Shown: positions 58,451 through 64,000 of the stretch, piece by piece | Layout of the letters: each line of letters opens with the position of its first letter | Position numbering within the stretch: position 1 is the first letter of the stretch | Assembly: GCA_964434285.1 (NCBI GenBank) | Contig: CAYSUJ010000002.1 | Location: forward strand, 57,913 to 121,912 | DNA from: an uncultured Candidatus Saccharibacteria bacterium | Lineage (GTDB): Bacteria > Patescibacteriota > Minisyncoccia > Phycocordibacterales > UBA2100 | Direction of reading: 5' to 3' | Length of the DNA stretch: 64,000 nucleotides | Program-made: the position numbers and the translations under genes | Notes under the pieces: generated by a model | Told to the model about the DNA's origin: nothing | The model's input: only the letters and a program-made list of their open reading frames with translations | The model's database searches: none

Positions 58451-59897
58451 ATAAAATCTTTTCCAAATCAGCAGATATTTTTTCTGCGTCTTTTAAGGAA
58501 GTTTTGATTGAGTGCAACAACTCCTTTTCTGTTTTATCAGCGTCTTCGTTAGCAATAGAGTTTGTATTCTTGACCGAAAGAGAGTATCCATTTTCTTTAA
58601 TGGCTTCTATCGGAACAACCCAACTATGGTCAGATTTTGCACGCTTTTTCCATAGCGTAAAAATATCTTTCAAATCTTCCTCCTGAATTGGCTGAGTTCT
58701 TGTGAAGTTGCCTTTGAGTTCACCGAACCACACTTCTTTTGTCGATCCTGTCTTCTCAAAAAAGATTAAGCTAGTCTTCACTGTTGCACCCATTTGAGCA
58801 AAAGCACCTTGTGGAAGTTGAATAACTGAATGAACATTAAACTTTTCCAAAAGTTCTTGGCGTATGCGAGCCATTACTCCACCACCGAACAACACATTAC
58901 CCTCAGGCAAAATAACACCGCAACGACCGCCATTTTTTAGTCGCTTCATAATGTATTGGAGTGCTAATGCCTCAGTCGCTCCAACAGCTATTGGGTAGTT
59001 ACTCTGAACGGCTTTGGTTTCTTCTGCTCCAAAAGGAGGGTTGGTTAAAATAACGTCCATTTTTGCACTCTCAGAAATGTTGTGTACATCTTCTGAGAAA
59101 GTATTTACACGGGTTAAATTAGGAACAAGAATATGGTGCAAAATGAGGTTCATTGTTCCAATTAAGTAAGGTAAGGGCTTCTTTTCTTGTCCGTAAAAAG
59201 TTTTAGTTTGCAAAGTTTTCCAAGTGCGAATATCTTTTGATGAGTTTTCGTATAGATAATCAAAGCTTTCAACAAGAAAACCACCCGATCCTACGAATGG
59301 GTCGAAAATGGTGTCGCCGATTTTTGGATCGACCATTTTTATCATCAACTTAATAATCGGGCGAGGAGTATAGAACTCTCCTGACCAACCACCCTCGCTT
59401 CCCATAGCTTGCAAGATTTCCTCGTATACCTGAGAAAGCAGGTGAGTATCTTGGAAATGATGCTTTTCAATTTGATCGAGAATCTCTACTACTTCAAGCA
59501 GGGTATACGGCGAATACACTTTGTTGTGAAGCTCACGAAATATCTCTCCGATTTTATCTTTTTCTCGTGTCCCTTTAAGTGATTTAAGATATGGAAAAAG
59601 TTTCTTATTTACAAAATGAATCAACTCTTCTTTGTCTTTCCAATCTTTTTTAGCCCAAGCTGACCATCGGTACTCACTATCGATAACAGGTTTATATTTC
59701 TTACCCTCTGCTTCATCAAGGTCTTTAAGTTGATCCTCAACACCTTCAAAGATTCTTAGGAAAAGAAGCCAAGAAAACTGCTCGATATAATCTTTTGCAC
59801 CTACACCATCATCACGACGCAAAATATCGCAGACCTTTTTGATGTCCGCTTTCGTAAGTCCTGTCTTTGTTGGTTTTTGTTTACGTTTCTTGGTCAT
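58440..59897 (-). CDS. hsdM: Type I N6-adenine methyltransferase
   Basis: CDILRRDDG, GEFYTPR, DPFVGSGGF, NPPF. Confidence 0.95.
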   Translation of the reverse strand: MTKKRKQKPTKTGLTKADIKKVCDILRRDDGVGAKDYIEQFSWLLFLRIFEGVEDQLKDLDEAEGKKYKPVIDSEYRWSAWAKKDWKDKEELIHFVNKKLFPYLKSLKGTREKDKIGEIFRELHNKVYSPYTLLEVVEILDQIEKHHFQDTHLLSQVYEEILQAMGSEGGWSGEFYTPRPIIKLMIKMVDPKIGDTIFDPFVGSGGFLVESFDYLYENSSKDIRTWKTLQTKTFYGQEKKPLPYLIGTMNLILHHILVPNLTRVNTFSEDVHNISESAKMDVILTNPPFGAEETKAVQSNYPIAVGATEALALQYIMKRLKNGGRCGVILPEGNVLFGGGVMARIRQELLEKFNVHSVIQLPQGAFAQMGATVKTSLIFFEKTGSTKEVWFGELKGNFTRTQPIQEEDLKDIFTLWKKRAKSDHSWVVPIEAIKENGYSLSVKNTNSIANEDADKTEKELLHSIKTSLKDAEKISADLEKILYED

Positions 59898-60100
59898 TGG
59901 TTTTTCTTTGAAAGTTTCTTTGATTTCGACTCGACATTTGTATTATCGGCAAGAAACTTTTTGAGATCGCTTTCGCTGATCCTCCAATAACCGATTTTGG
60001 TAGCTCGCAGTTTACCAGAGTGAATATAGCGAAAGACAGAACGATCGCTGACTCTCAGAATACCTGCAACTTCTTTCAAGCTGTGTAGCTTTTCGGTCAT
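59894..60100 (-). CDS. Excisionase-like HTH DNA-binding protein heading the hsd operon
   Basis: SLKEVAGILRVSDRSVFRYIHSGKLRATKIGYWRI; upstream TTGACA-18-TATGAT. Confidence 0.85.
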   Translation of the reverse strand: MTEKLHSLKEVAGILRVSDRSVFRYIHSGKLRATKIGYWRISESDLKKFLADNTNVESKSKKLSKKNQ

Positions 60101-60222
60101 ATAATTGGTATTTACATCATACCTCGGATCGTGTACTTGTGTCAAAATGTGGCAAGGTGATATTTGTGTAAAAGTATTCACGTTTTTGAATGTAATGTAA
60201 TTAGGATTATGTAACATTGACG

Positions 60223-60390
60223 CTATTTTTTCGGCTCATTTTTCATATCCAAAAAGATCGTTTTGCCGTTCTCATCGATTCTAATTTTTCCTTCTGCAAG
60301 TAGTCGCCTATGAATCCCTCGAAGCACCTCTCCGAGTTCAGAGATGCTCTTTATTTCCGCATCAGTAAAAATGTGTTTCTTCTTTTTCAT
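60223..60390 (-). CDS. 55-aa hypothetical protein (not in ORF track)
   Basis: MKKKKHIFTDAEIKSISELGEVLRGIHRRLLAEGKIRIDENGKTIFLDMKNEPKK; start directly follows the integrase stop. Confidence 0.55.
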   Translation of the reverse strand: MKKKKHIFTDAEIKSISELGEVLRGIHRRLLAEGKIRIDENGKTIFLDMKNEPKK

Positions 60391-61308
60391 TTAAGCTACG
60401 TTCATTCCCTCAAAACACTCTGCGACTTTGATTGCTTTCTCTCCAATATCGACCTCGTCATCGTATACAATCAGCATTTCAAGATTCTTGTGCCGACTGA
60501 ACTTCCGTACGTCTCGAACATCAAAGCGTTTTAAGAGTGTAGTAATGAAATAGTGGCGAAAACCGTGCACAGTCTTGTCGATTCCTAGCTCCTCAAACAA
60601 CTCTTTCATCTCTCGCTTGATTGTCATTGTCGTTATCCTCTCGCTCTTACGATTTCCCAGTCCTTTGAATACTGCACCTGACGATACTTTATTTATCTTG
60701 AGATGAGATCGGAGGGCTTTTACTGTTTCTGGTAGTAGGTATATGGATTCCTTGTCATCTCGTCCTTTCCCTTGAACGGAAGCTTTCTTATTCACAAGCG
60801 ACAAATCATCAATATCAAGGCGAATAATCTCTATCTGTCGCAGTCCTTGAAACGCTAGAAGACAAAAAAGTGCTTTGAGTCTGGCGTATTTTGCTGTCGA
60901 GGGTAGATTATGCACTTTCGCTACCAACGTCTCTATTTCTGCTTGATTTAAGCCCTCTAACTTGTGTCTATTGCTTTGATTAAAAGCTTTGATGTTTTGG
61001 GTAATATCTGTCGGGATCAGTCCTCTGCGATTCAACTCCTTGAGAAAAATGCGAGCCGTAGCGAGATATTTATTCTTCGTCGCTACGGCAAAGTCTGATC
61101 GTTCTCCAAGATGTCGTTTGAACTCTAGGAACGTGTTGTGATTGAAAGCGGTATTTTGTACGAACGTGAGAAAAAGTCCTATTCTGCTTTTATATTCCTG
61201 TCTTGTGCTCAGGTTCACGTCGAGTAGGTCGAATATCTGCTTTGCCTTTTCCTCAAATCCCTCAGTTGCGAAGACCGATTGATTTTGCGGTAGCAGATTA
61301 TTTGTCAT
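60391..61308 (-). CDS. Tyrosine recombinase/integrase
   Basis: GLRQIE (R), GKG (K), HGFRH (HxxR), SRH, VY catalytic Tyr. Confidence 0.92.
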   Translation of the reverse strand: MTNNLLPQNQSVFATEGFEEKAKQIFDLLDVNLSTRQEYKSRIGLFLTFVQNTAFNHNTFLEFKRHLGERSDFAVATKNKYLATARIFLKELNRRGLIPTDITQNIKAFNQSNRHKLEGLNQAEIETLVAKVHNLPSTAKYARLKALFCLLAFQGLRQIEIIRLDIDDLSLVNKKASVQGKGRDDKESIYLLPETVKALRSHLKINKVSSGAVFKGLGNRKSERITTMTIKREMKELFEELGIDKTVHGFRHYFITTLLKRFDVRDVRKFSRHKNLEMLIVYDDEVDIGEKAIKVAECFEGMNVA

Positions 61309-61696
61309 AGCAGATATGCTCAACAGCTAGACCTCTTTGAATGAATGACGGCTCTAGCATTTCGTGTCGATGACACTTTTTATAATCTCCCTCCGAGCAC
61401 ATCACACACATTCTTTCTCCTCCATTATTCTCTGCAATAACACAGATTTCATCTATCGTGTCCTCGTAATCTACATTCTCTCCTTTACCGCCCAAGTTAT
61501 TACCTCTCCACCGATACTCGATTCCTGCTTCTGCCATAGACTCTCGCAGGGCTTTCTCGTTGTACTGAGGTTGAAACCGTGAGCGTGGGATCGAACGAAT
61601 GTCGATTAAAACCTTTATATTGTTGTCTTTGAGTTTTTGTAAAAACTCAGTGATTGGCTTGGTGCTGTGTCCAATCGTGAATATGGTTGCTTTCAT
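61298..61696 (-). CDS. DUF488 family protein
   Basis: IFTIGHS, DIRSIPRS, LGG, MCSE...CHR. Confidence 0.88.
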   Translation of the reverse strand: MKATIFTIGHSTKPITEFLQKLKDNNIKVLIDIRSIPRSRFQPQYNEKALRESMAEAGIEYRWRGNNLGGKGENVDYEDTIDEICVIAENNGGERMCVMCSEGDYKKCHRHEMLEPSFIQRGLAVEHICYDK

Positions 61697-61702
61697 ATTT
61701 TT

Positions 61703-62203
61703 TTATTTTGATTGATAAACGACCTCACCATCAAAGGTGATTTTCTCTGGTTTCCAACTAGCGATGTTTCGATGATCGCCACCTGTATAAATCATCACAG
61801 CTTCCCAGTTAGATCGGAGGGTTGCACCGTAGCTGTTCTGACTATCGACGCACGACGAGACTTTGTATTTATTCTCTCCGAGGTTGGTTGCAGTTCCTCT
61901 ACAAAAGTCTGCTGTCGAGGGAGATTTGAGCAATCGTGTGATATACGGCTCTGCGTATGCGATTGCTGACTGTTGGTAGTCGTACGCTGTCGGTTGCTCT
62001 GGTTGAGAACGGACAGTCGAACTTCCGCCTATGCTAGAAATAATAATGCTAGAAAAAACACCGACGACCATAATAACTGCGAGGAGTTTTACAATCGGCG
62101 ATGTGGGCTGTGGCAACTTACTTCCACAATGCGAACACTTCTTTGCCTGTGGGGATACTTCCGCAAGGCATTGAGGACACTTCTTCGTTGGGTTTTTGTC
62201 CAT
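61703..62203 (-). CDS. Zinc-ribbon + TM + LKSPSTA...VDSQNSYGA domain protein
   Basis: CPQC...CSHC, one TM helix, domain homologous to 2497..3084. Confidence 0.8.
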   Translation of the reverse strand: MDKNPTKKCPQCLAEVSPQAKKCSHCGSKLPQPTSPIVKLLAVIMVVGVFSSIIISSIGGSSTVRSQPEQPTAYDYQQSAIAYAEPYITRLLKSPSTADFCRGTATNLGENKYKVSSCVDSQNSYGATLRSNWEAVMIYTGGDHRNIASWKPEKITFDGEVVYQSK

Positions 62204-62360
62204 AAAAAATAAGCTAGCTAATAATTGGCTAGCTGACATTTAGCTCGGATAGACTCTGAACCACACGCCAGCTAGGTCTTGCGACCCCATAGACCTTTCG
62301 ATCTATGACCCAACGAAGAGCCACTGAACGTGTGGTTCAGAATCTTCGTTGGGGTTTCGC
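62204..62360 (-). ncRNA. Candidate structured cis-regulatory RNA leader (copy 2)
   Basis: 11-bp stem 62343-62353/62309-62319; long helix 62323-62341/62255-62272; GAAA and GCAA tetraloop hairpins; final hairpin plus U-tract before the ATG. Confidence 0.65.
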
Positions 62361-62472
62361 TCCATATTTACCAACAAAAGTCAGTAAACTTAGGAGCATT
62401 TTTTATTCAGTTGTATATATATTTTAGCAAAAATACACCTTAAAGCAAAGGTTTTTAAGCGTCTGTGGAAAA

Positions 62473-62802
62473 TTATTTACTCTCAATCATTCCCTTAAAA
62501 CGTCTGCTTTTATATTCAAGCTTCAAGCACGAGCGACAACCGAGAACGTTTTGCAAAGGGTGCTTCAATAGAATACCTGATCGTCTTTTACAGCGTGGAC
62601 ACATAAACCAAAATCTTAAACCGTCGTTACCAGTCTTTGAGGTAGTGATGAGTACATTCTCATTGAGCATTTCAAACTGAACACGCAGGATCGTCTCTTT
62701 GAGTTTTGTTTTGTAATCACGTAAAAGATCGGAGACCGCCACTTTCTGACAGTCTTCTACTAAAAAAGTATTTCCTAAATTATTGACGTTCATTGATTTC
62801 AT
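62473..62802 (-). CDS. Zinc-finger hypothetical protein
   Basis: RFWFMCPRC...GCRSCLKLEY. Confidence 0.75.
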   Translation of the reverse strand: MKSMNVNNLGNTFLVEDCQKVAVSDLLRDYKTKLKETILRVQFEMLNENVLITTSKTGNDGLRFWFMCPRCKRRSGILLKHPLQNVLGCRSCLKLEYKSRRFKGMIESK

Positions 62803-63385
62803 CTTGTTTATCGTAGTTATTTATCTGCTGATTCTGAGCGAAGAACGCTGTTTTGGCACTTACATTGAACGGCAAAGTGGGTGCTTTAATCTGTCTCAAT
62901 GTCATTATCGAGTTATTGTGCTGTCTATGTGCTCGGTCTAGCTCTTTGCCAATAAAGTTGTAAAAATCAGTCTTCTCTCTATCGGCTACGGTTTCTCTCA
63001 AAATATAGCCATTCAATAGCTTGGAATAGTGAATTATTCTTACGTGAGAACTGGCTATGGATTCTGCCAATGTTTTTTCAATCGTTGTTTTGCAATCATA
63101 CTCACGCTCAGTTTCTCTGATCGTATTTATTAAAAATGGGCGGTATTCCTCAATAACAGAGTCCGCTATTGGGAGGTGGGTATCAATACCAAGTGCCATA
63201 GCAACCTTTTGGTAATCCTCATAAAGCTTTGGCGTGAGCTCTTTTCCTTTGTTTTTATCCATTCCACTCGCAAAATCCTCAATTAGTCTGTCAGGGCTAT
63301 AAAGACCGCCTCTTACGGTCATATATTTCTTTACTCGTTCTCTGCTTCCTTTTGTATTGATTTGTAGCTTGTTTTCCTTAGACAT
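62780..63385 (-). CDS. Hypothetical helical protein
   Basis: 201-aa ORF, first gene inside the element's right end. Confidence 0.7.
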   Translation of the reverse strand: MSKENKLQINTKGSRERVKKYMTVRGGLYSPDRLIEDFASGMDKNKGKELTPKLYEDYQKVAMALGIDTHLPIADSVIEEYRPFLINTIRETEREYDCKTTIEKTLAESIASSHVRIIHYSKLLNGYILRETVADREKTDFYNFIGKELDRAHRQHNNSIMTLRQIKAPTLPFNVSAKTAFFAQNQQINNYDKQDEINERQ

Positions 63386-63502
63386 ACTAAAATAGGATTA
63401 TCTAGTGAGTGATGTCGACACTCTCCTGAGATAGTAAAGGTATATAAAAATAATTAGATGGCACTACCCAATAGGTTCTAATGTCATCTACTACTCTCCG
63501 CC

Positions 63503-63925
63503 GTGAAAAAGATAATGGTTTTTGGGACGTTCGACATGATCCATAAGGGTCATGAGGATCTGTTTCGGCAGGCGCGCTCACTGGCCGCTGAGCCGTATTT
63601 GATTGTGTCGGTTGCGCGGGATTCGGCGGCGAAGCGGCACCGGGGGTTTCTGCCACAGAATAATGAAGAGGTGCGGCGAGCGCAGCTCGCCGCACATGAG
63701 TCAATTGATGAGGCGGTGCTTGGTGATGAAGAAGGGTATGTTGCGCATATTACGCAAGTGAATCCGGACATTATTGCGCTCGGATATGACCAGACGGGTG
63801 AGTATGTAGACCATCTGGAGGAAGTGCTTGTGCGAGCAGGGCTCACTCCGCAGATCGTACGTCTGGAGGCATTCAAGCCAGGCACCTACAAGACATCGAA
63901 AATTATTAAGGACCGTCCTTTATAA
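63503..63925 (+). CDS. Cytidylyltransferase-family protein (FAD synthase RibL-like)
   Basis: [11 protein letters not shown] (HxGH), [14 protein letters not shown]. Confidence 0.85.
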   Translation: MKKIMVFGTFDMIHKGHEDLFRQARSLAAEPYLIVSVARDSAAKRHRGFLPQNNEEVRRAQLAAHESIDEAVLGDEEGYVAHITQVNPDIIALGYDQTGEYVDHLEEVLVRAGLTPQIVRLEAFKPGTYKTSKIIKDRPL

Positions 63926-63966
63926 ATGAGCGGCATACGGAATACTGCATACGGTATACTCCCTCC

Positions 63967-64000
63967 ATGAGATATTTAGGCATTGATTACGGTGCGAAGC
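63967..64000 (+). CDS. ruvX: YqgF/RuvX family nuclease, 5' fragment cut by the window end
   Basis: MRYLGIDYGAK. Confidence 0.75.
   Translation, partial: MRYLGIDYGAK

Larger units (their letters stand above)
48271..63501. mobile_element. Integrative defence island (~15.2 kb) in the tRNA-Ser 3' end
   Basis: CTCCGC direct repeat at 48265-48270 and 63496-63501; visible AT-rich shift at both edges; all genes on the minus strand; recombinase abuts the tRNA. Confidence 0.88.

Noticed and set aside
56786-61308. hsdS shufflon driven by the tyrosine recombinase
   Set aside because: There is only one hsdS, with no silent TRD cassettes or flanking inverted repeats seen.
63402-63704. 100-aa minus-strand ORF as a standalone gene
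   Set aside because: It is mostly antisense to the cytidylyltransferase gene. Only its last 30 codons look meaningful, as the alternative recombinase tail.
1-64000. CRISPR array, rRNA, complete prophage or genetic code 25
   Set aside because: No repeat-spacer array, rRNA, capsid or terminase genes were seen. TGA serves as a stop in conserved genes.

Overview
Genomic window that looks like a Patescibacteria (CPR, Parcubacteria-like) chromosome read in genetic code 11. The assignment is inferred from the gene set: compact housekeeping genes, a CPR-type PrgI/VirB4/pilin cluster and Cys-rich surface proteins. The window spans the replication origin (jag-yidC-rnpA-rpmH-dnaA-oriC-dnaN). Two AT-richer integrative elements, each with a large serine recombinase, flank the core. 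Element 1 (<1..~7025) interrupts comM and carries a type II R-M pair, two rep-O-like wHTH genes and iteron-like repeats. Element 2 (~48271..63501) is complete, sits in the 3' end of tRNA-Ser(UGA), and carries a type I R-M/nuclease defence block and a tyrosine recombinase. The main observations are: (1) both elements carry the same cassette, a covarying, switch-like structured RNA leader in front of a homologous membrane-protein gene; (2) the attachment core of element 2 lies inside its recombinase gene, so excision would swap the recombinase C-terminus in frame; (3) an unannotated 58-aa ORF next to that recombinase resembles its helix E; (4) a promoter-driven, highly structured non-coding region lies at 33.4-33.9 kb; (5) leaderless-type promoters are pervasive, including one nearly identical in front of ruvA and ruvX. 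All calls were made by eye from the sequence, with no database searches.
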